Below the pieces are notes generated by a model. It saw only the letters and a program-made list of their open reading frames with translations. It ran no database searches and was not told the origin of the DNA. Shown here one piece after another: positions 49,972-58,996 of a stretch of DNA of 64,000 nucleotides. Numbering within the stretch: the stretch's first letter is position 1; each line of letters starts with the position of its first letter. The DNA is taken from the IMG/VR virus record IMGVR_UViG_3300028048_000069, positions 64,001 to 128,000 of that record. One strand, written 5' to 3'. This DNA comes from a virus (taxonomy: Duplodnaviria > Caudoviricetes). A program made the translations under genes and the position numbers.

Positions 49972-51945
49972 ATGAGTAAATTAGTAATACCTGGTGTAAT
50001 AGCACAATCTGGAAATGGTGGCGGTGGTGGAAGTGTAACTGTAGATAGTGCGCTTTCCACAACGAGCGAAAACCCAGTACAAAACAAAGTTATTACAAAT
50101 GCTTTAGAAAATGTTTACACGCAAGATAATTTGGTTGCTGGTACAAATATCAGTATTACTGAAAATTCAACGGCTTACTATAATGTGAGCAATTTTAGTG
50201 GCTCAAATTATATAACATTAGCCGCTAATAAATTCGCAAAAAGAAGTTATGAGTGGTCTTTTACATTAAGAGTACAAACGCCCCCTGCTAGTGTTGGAAA
50301 TATAAGTGGTAACTTTTTGGGTAGTCCTAGTCCTAACGGGTGGATGAGAATAGGTCTAGGAAGTTCTTGCGACACTAACAACGGGAAATGCAGATTTGCT
50401 TTAGGTCTTTCTACAAACGGAACGGGGTGGGACATAGGTTATGAAGTTCCTAGCACTTATGATTTGAGCTTGGAAACCTGGTATTGGCTAAAATTTAGCT
50501 ACAATGGCTCAAATACTTATAAGCTACAAGTTTCCACAGACGGAGTTAATTTTACTGACTATATAACAAAAACTTACAGCGGTGCATTATATACAGGGTA
50601 TAATAACTACCTTGTACAAATTGGGACAAACAGCTCGGCCGCTGATGCATACAAAGGCATTGTAGATATGCGTGGCGTAAAAATAGTTGTAAACAATGTG
50701 ATTACTTTTGACGGTAGCACAGCCGTAGCTGGTACTGATTTCACAGTAAACGGAAGTCCAACTATAAGTCAATCTAGCGGACAAACCTACTACCAAATCA
50801 ATAATACACAACCTTCGCCTGATTTGTCTGCTTATTTACAGAACACAGCCACTGGCTCTAATTCGCTTACTATTTTGGGAACGCCAACAACGCACCCAAA
50901 TGTCATAAACATAGGTTACTCAAATAATACATCCACGTCGGAGAACACGGTTGCAATTGGAAATTCTGTAACAACTAATAATCATCAGTCTGTCGTTGTT
51001 GGACATTCTGCTAAATCTAATGGTGGAAGTGTTACAGTCGGATATTCAGCACAAAGTGATGCAATTAGTAGTGTAACAATCGGTAGTTACGCTGAAAGTA
51101 GTGGCTATTCATCAAGATATAAAATCGCTATAGGGGCGTATGCTTACGCAACTCAGTCTAAAAGCATAGCCATAGGCGGTGGGGAAAGTAAGGCAGAAGC
51201 CGCGCAAGCAAAAGCTAATGAAGCTATCCAACTAGGTACTGGCTCAAATTCTACTGCCAAAACGCTACAAGTATATTCGTACCCTTTATTAGATGGTAAT
51301 ACGGGGAAGATACCTGCCGAGAGGTTGCCTGTCAAACATAGATTTTGTACAGAAGGGAAATGTAGTATAGATAAATCTGTAATCCCATGGCTTGAAACGA
51401 ACCAGGCATTTGTGTTTACATTTAGTTTTAGGACACCCCCATTGAAAAACTTTGCAAATGGTCAGGCAATAGTTATAACTGGCAACACGCATTATGATAT
51501 TGGGTTTGAACTTGTAATGGATTGGGAAGATGCTAGTGAAACTAAAGCAAGAATAGGAGTTGGCTTAACAACCGCAAACAGTTCCTGGAACTTGGGTTGG
51601 ACCTGGTCGGAGTATTCATTAGAACCCTTAACGTGGTACAAAGTTAGATTAACGTATGATTTGACTAAATACACCGTTGAATATGCGCCTGACAATAGCG
51701 ACAGTTGGACAACTATAAAAGAAGTAACATCTTCAGACAAACTGTATTGCAACTCTGACATTTTCCTGACGCAACAAAGTAACAGTTCTACAAATGCAAT
51801 ATGGAAATATGGGGAAGTTGATATAAACAGTTTTAAGGCAACAAGTGGTAATACTACTTACATTGATGGAGTATATAGTTTACGGAACTTGATAACCTTG
51901 CCTACAAATTCTTCTCAAGTGAAAGAATATTACGAAATAGGGTAG
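49972..51945 (+). CDS. Fibre/adhesin with two lectin-like (ConA/LamG-like) domains and YadA-head-like repeats
   Basis: VDSALSTTSENPVQNK, AGTNISI linker, Trp-rich beta-sandwich domains, xVAIG repeats. Confidence 0.75.
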   Translation: MSKLVIPGVIAQSGNGGGGGSVTVDSALSTTSENPVQNKVITNALENVYTQDNLVAGTNISITENSTAYYNVSNFSGSNYITLAANKFAKRSYEWSFTLRVQTPPASVGNISGNFLGSPSPNGWMRIGLGSSCDTNNGKCRFALGLSTNGTGWDIGYEVPSTYDLSLETWYWLKFSYNGSNTYKLQVSTDGVNFTDYITKTYSGALYTGYNNYLVQIGTNSSAADAYKGIVDMRGVKIVVNNVITFDGSTAVAGTDFTVNGSPTISQSSGQTYYQINNTQPSPDLSAYLQNTATGSNSLTILGTPTTHPNVINIGYSNNTSTSENTVAIGNSVTTNNHQSVVVGHSAKSNGGSVTVGYSAQSDAISSVTIGSYAESSGYSSRYKIAIGAYAYATQSKSIAIGGGESKAEAAQAKANEAIQLGTGSNSTAKTLQVYSYPLLDGNTGKIPAERLPVKHRFCTEGKCSIDKSVIPWLETNQAFVFTFSFRTPPLKNFANGQAIVITGNTHYDIGFELVMDWEDASETKARIGVGLTTANSSWNLGWTWSEYSLEPLTWYKVRLTYDLTKYTVEYAPDNSDSWTTIKEVTSSDKLYCNSDIFLTQQSNSSTNAIWKYGEVDINSFKATSGNTTYIDGVYSLRNLITLPTNSSQVKEYYEIG

Positions 51946-51952
51946 GTAGAAA

Positions 51953-52096
51953 ATGAACCTTGATATTGACACTATTTGGAAGATACTTGGGTTGGTCTTT
52001 GCCTGTGGGGATCTCGCTGGAGCGTGGGCAGATGTAACTGCAGGTTTTGGTGGAACTAATACAACTGTATTGTTCGATTTACCTGCTACAGAGTAG
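51953..52096 (+). pseudogene. 47-codon ORF, possible deletion remnant
   Basis: MNLDIDTIWKILGLVFACG...TVLFDLPATE, in the GC-richer block. Confidence 0.35.
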
Positions 52097-52121
52097 AAAA
52101 TAAAAGAATTAAATGCAAGAT

Positions 52122-52156
52122 TACCTCTTCTGTATAATTATAGAAGAGGTATTTTT
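52122..52156 (+). terminator. Terminator TACCTCTTCT...AGAAGAGGTA plus T-tract
   Basis: 10+ bp stem followed by TTTTT. Confidence 0.75.
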
Positions 52157-52170
52157 ATTCATTATCATTA

Positions 52171-52182
52171 TCATTTATATTT
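52171..52182 (+). promoter_or_regulatory. Late motif TCATTTATATTT
   Basis: Exact copy after the terminator. Confidence 0.65.
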
Positions 52183-52217
52183 TTATAATAAATTTACAAT
52201 AAAAATTAGGTGTTATA

Positions 52218-53168
52218 ATGGCATTAAGTGGTAAGAAAATTACAGAATTAAATCCTATTTCTGATGTAACTAATAAAACAGTATTACCTACAGTTTATAT
52301 TGATGATACATATACAGAGGCAACTGCTACAAAAGTTACTGTTCAACAATTAAAAAATAATATATTAAATGGCGCAGTATTACAACCTAATATTATTACA
52401 GATACCGAATCTACATCTATTGAATTAAATAAGATTTTGGCAAATACTATTTATCAGTATGGAACATTAAGTTCTTTAAGTATAACTACATTTGATACTT
52501 CTTATCAAGATTCATACATATACTTTAAAACAAGCGAAAATGGCTTTAATTTTAGTTTTTCTAATGCTAATTGGATAAATTTATATGAACCTAGTTTTAA
52601 ACTAAATACAGACTATATTATCCATTTAAAAAATGGTGTATGTGTATTAGAACAACCAGAAAATCCTATATTAAATATCGCTGCCACAGGCGGTAGTATA
52701 GCATTAACTACAAATACAGTAAATTCTATAACAATTACTGCTAATACTACATTCGTACTGCCACAAACAGTAAATAACAATATTTTAAATAAAATAATTC
52801 TTCAAATTAAAATAACTGGAACCCAAACAATCGATTGGGGAACAACTCATTATTTAGTAGATAGTTTTACTCTTACTCCAGGTACTTATGATATTGTTTA
52901 TGAATATGATTCATTGAATAGTTATTGGAAAGTAGGGCTATTATATAGTATGGGCGGCGGGGGCGGTGTAGCCCCTAACCTTACTTGGTACACAAACGTA
53001 ACTGGTACGACCGTAACAATATCTGATACGAGTTCAGTCACTTTAGTAAAGATTTACAAGAATGGTCTTTTGTTACAACCGACAGAAGATTATACAATTA
53101 GCGGTACTATGCTCACGCTTGTTACTGCCTTAGTGAGCACAGACAAAATTACTGTGGAGGTTTTCTAG
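52218..53168 (+). CDS. Tail-associated structural protein
   Basis: KKITEL start, beta-rich domains, GGGGG linker, YKNGLLLQP.EDYTISG module. Confidence 0.65.
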   Translation: MALSGKKITELNPISDVTNKTVLPTVYIDDTYTEATATKVTVQQLKNNILNGAVLQPNIITDTESTSIELNKILANTIYQYGTLSSLSITTFDTSYQDSYIYFKTSENGFNFSFSNANWINLYEPSFKLNTDYIIHLKNGVCVLEQPENPILNIAATGGSIALTTNTVNSITITANTTFVLPQTVNNNILNKIILQIKITGTQTIDWGTTHYLVDSFTLTPGTYDIVYEYDSLNSYWKVGLLYSMGGGGGVAPNLTWYTNVTGTTVTISDTSSVTLVKIYKNGLLLQPTEDYTISGTMLTLVTALVSTDKITVEVF

Positions 53169-53169
53169 T

Positions 53170-55524
53170 ATGGCAGAAACAGTTATCAACAAAAATCAAG
53201 CAGGTAGTGGAATTTGGACTAATGATACTCTTACGGCTGGGAACAATATAGAAATTAGCAATGCGGTTGATTCTACGAATTACTATCTATTTGGGAATGC
53301 CACTGTTAGTTCGCAAGGAATCCTTAGTGGTTGCAGTAGTTATAGTGGTTTAAGATTGCCTTTTTATTTTTCTCCTGCTTCTTATGATACCTGGGAATGG
53401 CAGTGGAAGGTAACATATTCTACTTCTAGCACTACACAACGTATTTGTGGAACAGGCAATAATACTTCCGTAGCACAAATGACTATTGGTATCGATAGCC
53501 ACAAACTAATTGCGTGGCTTAGTTCCACTGGCTCGTCTTGGGACGTCGCAAGTGGAACGGCTGGTACGACTACTCTAGCAGATGACACTGTATATTATGT
53601 AAGAGCAAAATTTACTGGCACACAATACGTCATTTCTCTAAAGACAGAAGGGGGAGAGTACGTAGATGAAATAACAGTAGATAGTACCACAAAACTTTTC
53701 AACAGTAATTCTGGGTTTATGATTGGTACTGCAGAATATAGCCATGGGTTTGCGGGCACTATAGACCTTAATGGCTGCCAATTAAAATCGAATGATACTA
53801 TTATATGGAAAGGGGTTCCTGACTCTCAAGATTCTGACGAATACCACATAAACGCAAGTGGTGTTTATAGCAGAACAAATTTGCTCGGTGGCGCGAATGT
53901 AACGATAAGCCAAGTGCAAAAACCTGCTATAACAAGCAATGTGGAAAGATTGTACCACTTTGACAACAATGCAAAAGAGGTAATACAAGACACTCCTCTC
54001 ACGTTCGTTAATTATTTCAAGACCTCTTATGTAAGTGGAAAATTCGGACAAGGAATAAATGTAAAATCTACTACTACAAGTAGTTCTTCTATAAATATAG
54101 GGAGTTTTCACGATACAACCAGTACAGATTTTACTTATGACGTTTGGTTGAAGCCAACTAGCAGTGATAGCACGAATGCTGCTTTATGGACTCGTTATAA
54201 TAATAATTATGGCGCTGAATCCATAGAATTTAATAACCCCTCCAACTCTGGTCTTATTAAAATATCTACTTATTTGGACGGCGTGGGCGGAAGCAGCAAA
54301 ACTCAAGTAGAATGGCCTGTTAGCATAACCTGGGGGGATTGGTTCCACGTGGCCTATGTGAACGACGCAACCCATAGCAAAGTATATTTATTCGTAAATG
54401 GGAAGAAAGCATACGAGGCAACAAGAACCACATCTTATAGTTTGGCCCCTTCTCTTTGTGCTTATGGGAGTGGTGCAAATGCAGGAACAAGTTATGATGA
54501 ATTTAGGGTAACACTCGCTGCTGTTTGGACTTCCGACTTCACTCCTTTCACTGAGCCATATAGCGCAAGCGATTCCGAAACGCAATATGCCATTAATGGT
54601 CCTGTAGCTGGAGATAATATCGATATAACTGACGGAGTGATTAGTGTCACTGGAGGTTATACTTCTACTAACTTGATTGCTGGTAAAAACATTCAGATAC
54701 AGAATAAAAACTTATCAGAATATATTGTAAGCAATTTCTCTACTAACAATTACGCAAGTATAAGTGGAACAAAATTTACTGGCAAATCTAATCCCTGGAA
54801 TATCATTCTAAAAGTCAAAACTCCATTATCGACTGACGCTAATGCTGGGAATATATTTCTAGGGTCAACTAGAACAGGGTCCTACTCGTACTATTCTGTG
54901 GGTATATCCGCCCAAATGACATTGTCAGGAACAAAATGGGGCGTCGGGTTTGGATTGAGTAGCAACGGAACTTCCTGGAACATTTCCTGGGTAGCAGAGC
55001 CGTCTTATCCGCTTAATTCAGATTCTTGGTACTATCTAAAGTTTAGTTATAACGGCTCTAATCTTTATAAGTTACAAATATCCGACGACGGAGAAACTTA
55101 TACAGATTATAGTTCTTATGAATCCTCTACTGCTCTGTATTACAGCAGTTCTTATTCTATTGCTTTAGGAAAAACTGGCAACGATAATAGAGTGTTTAAT
55201 GGCTCCATAGATATAAGAGGTTGCTCTATTGCTGCCAATGGCTCTAATACATTCAACGGTGCTACTGCAGTAAGGCCTACTGATTTTGACTTGCATGGCG
55301 CTGTAACAGTACAAAAAACAAACGGCTATGTTTCGCTAATAAATAACACGATTGACCCGTTGCCTTCACAAACTGGTAACACTGGAAAGTTCTTAACGAC
55401 TGACGGGACAAGTACAAGTTGGGCGCAAGCAGGGCAAGATTTAACCTCTGTCAGTGGATACAGTTCTTATGGTACGCAAGTATTAAAGAACATAAACGGT
55501 GTATTGACTTGGGTTAATGAATAA
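53170..55524 (+). CDS. Fibre/adhesin with three lectin-like (LamG-like) domains
   Basis: AG.NI.I linkers; LYHFD...GKFG...WFHVA...LFVNG...DEFRV LamG pattern; GKFLTTDG. Confidence 0.75.
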   Translation: MAETVINKNQAGSGIWTNDTLTAGNNIEISNAVDSTNYYLFGNATVSSQGILSGCSSYSGLRLPFYFSPASYDTWEWQWKVTYSTSSTTQRICGTGNNTSVAQMTIGIDSHKLIAWLSSTGSSWDVASGTAGTTTLADDTVYYVRAKFTGTQYVISLKTEGGEYVDEITVDSTTKLFNSNSGFMIGTAEYSHGFAGTIDLNGCQLKSNDTIIWKGVPDSQDSDEYHINASGVYSRTNLLGGANVTISQVQKPAITSNVERLYHFDNNAKEVIQDTPLTFVNYFKTSYVSGKFGQGINVKSTTTSSSSINIGSFHDTTSTDFTYDVWLKPTSSDSTNAALWTRYNNNYGAESIEFNNPSNSGLIKISTYLDGVGGSSKTQVEWPVSITWGDWFHVAYVNDATHSKVYLFVNGKKAYEATRTTSYSLAPSLCAYGSGANAGTSYDEFRVTLAAVWTSDFTPFTEPYSASDSETQYAINGPVAGDNIDITDGVISVTGGYTSTNLIAGKNIQIQNKNLSEYIVSNFSTNNYASISGTKFTGKSNPWNIILKVKTPLSTDANAGNIFLGSTRTGSYSYYSVGISAQMTLSGTKWGVGFGLSSNGTSWNISWVAEPSYPLNSDSWYYLKFSYNGSNLYKLQISDDGETYTDYSSYESSTALYYSSSYSIALGKTGNDNRVFNGSIDIRGCSIAANGSNTFNGATAVRPTDFDLHGAVTVQKTNGYVSLINNTIDPLPSQTGNTGKFLTTDGTSTSWAQAGQDLTSVSGYSSYGTQVLKNINGVLTWVNE

Positions 55525-55534
55525 TAAGTAATAA

Positions 55535-55624
55535 ATGAGCATTTATTTAGGCGATAAAAAAGAAGAAAGAATAATTTACTTTTCTGATAACTTTGTAAAT
55601 GATATGATAGTAATATGTCAATAA
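55535..55624 (+). pseudogene. 29-codon ORF MSIYLGD..., possible truncated fibre-gene start
   Basis: Start resembles fibre accessory genes, then degenerates. Confidence 0.3.
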
Positions 55625-55635
55625 ATATAAAATAA

Positions 55636-56919
55636 ATGATTACTTACAATAACAAAAATATATTAAAATCCTTTATAGGAAATAAAAGAGTAATTAAAAA
55701 ATACTTAAACAATAAAATTGTTTATGGTATTCCTGATTTTGCTCAATATTATAATATACAAGGTTATGATAATTATAAAGTTGTAGGTAATCCTACTATT
55801 GTAGATGGAGTGGCTAGTGATTTCACCCTGCAAGATAGAATAATTACATCTCAAAATGCTCCTACGGATGATATTACAAAATATAGTTTCCATATAAAAT
55901 TCAAAATTGGAACAATAGGAACTTCTCAAAGCGTTTTAACATACACAAGTTCAAACAGAGAAGGAGTGACAATATCTAATAAAGGAGTGCTTCGTTGGCT
56001 AATTGGGAGAGTAAGCGGTACAACAGGAGATGCTACAATAAATTCGCCCGTTTCCATATCACAAGGAGATGAGATTTTAGCAGAAGGGTTTTATAAGGGA
56101 AACAATACTTTTGCATTTAGAGTATCAAAAGACGGAGGACAAACTTGGGCAGAAAGTACCCATACAAGAGATACATCAACCCTAACGCCAGTTAGCACAA
56201 ATTTGCCTTTTTATATTGGTACTTGGTCTAATAACGCAAGTTATGGATATCCATTTAATGGTTCAATAGACCTAAAAGAAACATACATCAAAGCCAATGG
56301 CAAGTATTGGTTTAATGGAAATTCAAATTATAAAGAATTGTTAGATTGTAATCCTAATGTTTATTTACAAAGTAGTGGAACTCAATATATTGATAGTGGT
56401 ATCTATGCTAATAGTAATCTTTCTAATGAATTGGTTATAAATTTTAATGGAAATAATGGACAACGTTTGTTCGGCGCACGTAAAGCATATCTACAAGATG
56501 CTTTCGCTTTATTCTATTCAAATATGTTAGCATTTACCTATGGAACTTCAGATTTTGGTTATACTATTCCATTTACAAAAAATATCAAAAATACTATTTA
56601 TAGAAATAAAAATAAAGTATTTTTAAACGGTGAGTTAGTACAAACTGATACAGAACAAAGTTTTACAACAAATTATCCATTGTATTTATTTACAGTAAAT
56701 CAAAATGGTTCTGTATTAACACCGAATGCCTCTTCTACAAAAATTTATTTAAGTAAAATTTGGAATAATGAAGAACTTGTTCAATATTTAGTACCTGTAC
56801 CAGAAGGACTACAAATAGGAAGTTATAAAGTTCCTTCAAATGGTATGTTTGATATAGTAGAACAAAAATTTTATGCCAATTCTGGAAGTGGAGAATTTAT
56901 TTGGGGAGTAGATTTATGA
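55636..56919 (+). CDS. Fibre/receptor-binding protein with lectin-like domains
   Basis: FNGSIDL module; YLQSSGTQYIDSG...LVPV...GMFD.V..KFY.NSGSG.F module. Confidence 0.7.
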   Translation: MITYNNKNILKSFIGNKRVIKKYLNNKIVYGIPDFAQYYNIQGYDNYKVVGNPTIVDGVASDFTLQDRIITSQNAPTDDITKYSFHIKFKIGTIGTSQSVLTYTSSNREGVTISNKGVLRWLIGRVSGTTGDATINSPVSISQGDEILAEGFYKGNNTFAFRVSKDGGQTWAESTHTRDTSTLTPVSTNLPFYIGTWSNNASYGYPFNGSIDLKETYIKANGKYWFNGNSNYKELLDCNPNVYLQSSGTQYIDSGIYANSNLSNELVINFNGNNGQRLFGARKAYLQDAFALFYSNMLAFTYGTSDFGYTIPFTKNIKNTIYRNKNKVFLNGELVQTDTEQSFTTNYPLYLFTVNQNGSVLTPNASSTKIYLSKIWNNEELVQYLVPVPEGLQIGSYKVPSNGMFDIVEQKFYANSGSGEFIWGVDL

Positions 56920-57248
56920 TTAAGTTTATAAAAGATGTTATAAATTTATTACAGAAAATAGTAATAGCAATCCTTGAAGCAAATTTAAGTTTATTTGAGG
57001 ACTTAAAAAGTTTTAGAAATAAACTAGTGTTCTTTACTTGTTTATTAGTAGTGTTAATTATATTACTTGATAGAGATTATAGAGTAATGTTAGCAGCACT
57101 CGGTTTATTTGAGTTCTTTATATGTTATTATTTCAATAATAGAAAAATTAAAGAGCCAACAATCGTCGAGAAAATAACTAAAAATTTAAATACTACAGAA
57201 ACTCCTTATAGTAACTATAATAACGATAGCGAGCAATACCACGACTAA
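56916..57248 (+). CDS. Holin-like membrane protein
   Basis: Two TM segments, charged C-terminus. Confidence 0.45.
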   Translation: MIKFIKDVINLLQKIVIAILEANLSLFEDLKSFRNKLVFFTCLLVVLIILLDRDYRVMLAALGLFEFFICYYFNNRKIKEPTIVEKITKNLNTTETPYSNYNNDSEQYHD

Positions 57249-57268
57249 TAATTATTAAAATCTTATAT

Positions 57269-57297
57269 AATAACCGCCTAAAATGGCGGTTATTTTT
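57269..57297 (+). terminator. Terminator AATAACCGCC/GGCGGTTATT plus T-tract
   Basis: 10-bp stem. Confidence 0.8.
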
Positions 57298-57310
57298 ATG
57301 AATAAAATTA

Positions 57311-57339
57311 TTTACTTTTTTACAAAAATGTTATATAAT
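57311..57339 (+). promoter_or_regulatory. Sigma70-like promoter TTTACT-N17-TATAAT
   Basis: 17-bp spacing; AAGGAGGT RBS downstream. Confidence 0.7.
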
Positions 57340-57370
57340 ATAATTGTAAGGTAAATACAAGGAGGTAGTT

Positions 57371-57592
57371 ATGATTAGATGTATGCTTTGTAAAAAAGAT
57401 TTATGTTATGGTCGTTCAATCAACTTTTGTAGCAGGAAATGTGTTAAAAGATTTAAAAGAAATAGATTATGGAGAAAGATCAAATCTTTTATTAAATCAA
57501 TTGGAGAGTTCTTACTTTCAATGCTAGTTTTGGGTAGCATTTATTTGTTTTTTAATTTTTTAATCTGGGCAATTGAAACATATGTAAATTAG
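57371..57592 (+). CDS. Zinc finger plus C-terminal TM protein
   Basis: CxxC...FCSxxC, then a hydrophobic helix. Confidence 0.6.
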   Translation: MIRCMLCKKDLCYGRSINFCSRKCVKRFKRNRLWRKIKSFIKSIGEFLLSMLVLGSIYLFFNFLIWAIETYVN

Positions 57593-57598
57593 TATAAT

Positions 57599-57925
57599 AT
57601 GAATAAAGGAGAATACAATATGTGCATGCGTGAACCTACAAATAGAGAATTATTATATGATATTAGACAGTTACTTTATAAGTTAGTATATGGTAATGAG
57701 GCCGAAGGAATAGAACCGATAAGTAAGAAATCGGATATAGATAAATATGCTTCATTAGTACTCAAAATCAATTTATTGGAAACTGAAATTAATATGATAA
57801 AACAAAGAATTTCAGTACCGACACCATATTATAAACCAACTATATTTGATGAAAATTATGTTGGTAAACTACCTAGCATTTCTAAAGAATTTGTGAGCGA
57901 AAATAAATCCAAGAAAGATAAATAA
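57599..57925 (+). CDS. Hypothetical protein
   Basis: ORF; start may be 57620. Confidence 0.55.
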   Translation: MNKGEYNMCMREPTNRELLYDIRQLLYKLVYGNEAEGIEPISKKSDIDKYASLVLKINLLETEINMIKQRISVPTPYYKPTIFDENYVGKLPSISKEFVSENKSKKDK

Positions 57926-57928
57926 ATT

Positions 57929-57940
57929 TCATTTATATTT
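57929..57940 (+). promoter_or_regulatory. Late motif TCATTTATATTT
   Basis: Exact copy, intergenic. Confidence 0.65.
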
Positions 57941-57979
57941 TTATAGAAAGATTTTATCATTTAAGGAATTAAAATTAAA

Positions 57980-58249
57980 ATGGCTTCTCAAATTAAAGAA
58001 AATACATCTTTTGTATTGAATGTAGTAAAACTAGCATCCATTGTAATCGCTTGTATAGCAGCGGTTACATTTTTTATTTACGAAACACAAGGGTTACCGC
58101 CTAGAGTAAGTAAATTAGAAACAGACTTATCGAAAACTAATCAAAAGATTAGTGAAATGCAAACGGAGATGAGTAAATCGTCGGTAAAGCAAGATATTAT
58201 GCTAGAAGATTTGAAGATTATTAAAATGCATTTATTACATAATAACTAG
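57980..58249 (+). CDS. TM plus coiled-coil protein (holin-like candidate)
   Basis: One TM followed by heptad repeats. Confidence 0.5.
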   Translation: MASQIKENTSFVLNVVKLASIVIACIAAVTFFIYETQGLPPRVSKLETDLSKTNQKISEMQTEMSKSSVKQDIMLEDLKIIKMHLLHNN

Positions 58250-58259
58250 GAGATTAATT

Positions 58260-58493
58260 ATGAAAAAAGTATGGGATAAAATTGTAGAAGTTTTGAAAGT
58301 TATTTGGAATGGAATTAAAACAATTTGTTCTTGGTTCTTCAAAATTTTTAATACGAAAGAAAAATTGGCAGCCATTTTATTAACAGTTTATATTTGGCAT
58401 AGTTTACCAGTAAATGTTGGTTTGAAAATTCAAGTATTTTCGCTCTTCTTTATTTTGGGTGTATTACTTTTAGATATTAAGGAAGATAAGTAA
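58260..58493 (+). CDS. Small membrane protein (holin-like candidate)
   Basis: Amphipathic N-terminal helix and two TMs. Confidence 0.5.
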   Translation: MKKVWDKIVEVLKVIWNGIKTICSWFFKIFNTKEKLAAILLTVYIWHSLPVNVGLKIQVFSLFFILGVLLLDIKEDK

Positions 58494-58996
58494 TGAAGTT
58501 TATTAGAGTATTAAAAGCAGGTCGTGGCGCAGGATTAACACTTACCAATTTTGAATTAAAATTTACAGAGCCAATCAAACTCACAAATGGTTATAGAGGT
58601 GAGGTAAATCCTAATTCCATAAAGATTGTTTCATTCGATGTTTATGATTCTGATGAAAATCTTATAGGAAATTTTGGTGAAGATATGGCTTCAGTTGTAG
58701 ATGCCGAACTTAATTTTGGATATACAATTAAAGAACCAATAGAAAATGGAGATAACCCAATAAAAGTGGACACTCTTATTCAAAATGAACCTATAGAAGA
58801 ATATATTGGTAAAGGCCAATGGACTTATGAATATTTAAAGAAAGATAATATATATGAAGTTCATTCAGATGGGTGTGTTATGTGCTTTGATTATGGCTAT
58901 ACCGCTGACTTGTCGATTTGGCTTAAAATAAAATTAGATGGTGCTAATTTACTGAATATTTTGAACGAACAGGACGGATATGTAGATGAAATTTAA
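58493..58996 (+). CDS. Putative internal head protein (leader MKFIRVLKA)
   Basis: Shared leader; acidic body. Confidence 0.6.
   Translation: MKFIRVLKAGRGAGLTLTNFELKFTEPIKLTNGYRGEVNPNSIKIVSFDVYDSDENLIGNFGEDMASVVDAELNFGYTIKEPIENGDNPIKVDTLIQNEPIEEYIGKGQWTYEYLKKDNIYEVHSDGCVMCFDYGYTADLSIWLKIKLDGANLLNILNEQDGYVDEI

Noticed and set aside
42931-56919. Diversity-generating retroelement or invertible fibre cassette
   Set aside because: No reverse transcriptase, recombinase or inverted genes; repeated modules differ at synonymous sites rather than in an adenine-specific TR/VR pattern
11207-57248. MKF-like starts of 11207 (MKFLKLIY), 41380 (MKFFKLIP) and 56916 (MIKFIKDV) as members of the cargo leader family
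   Set aside because: They lack the [ILV]K[AS] ending and are zinc-finger or membrane proteins; they show that MKF alone is not specific
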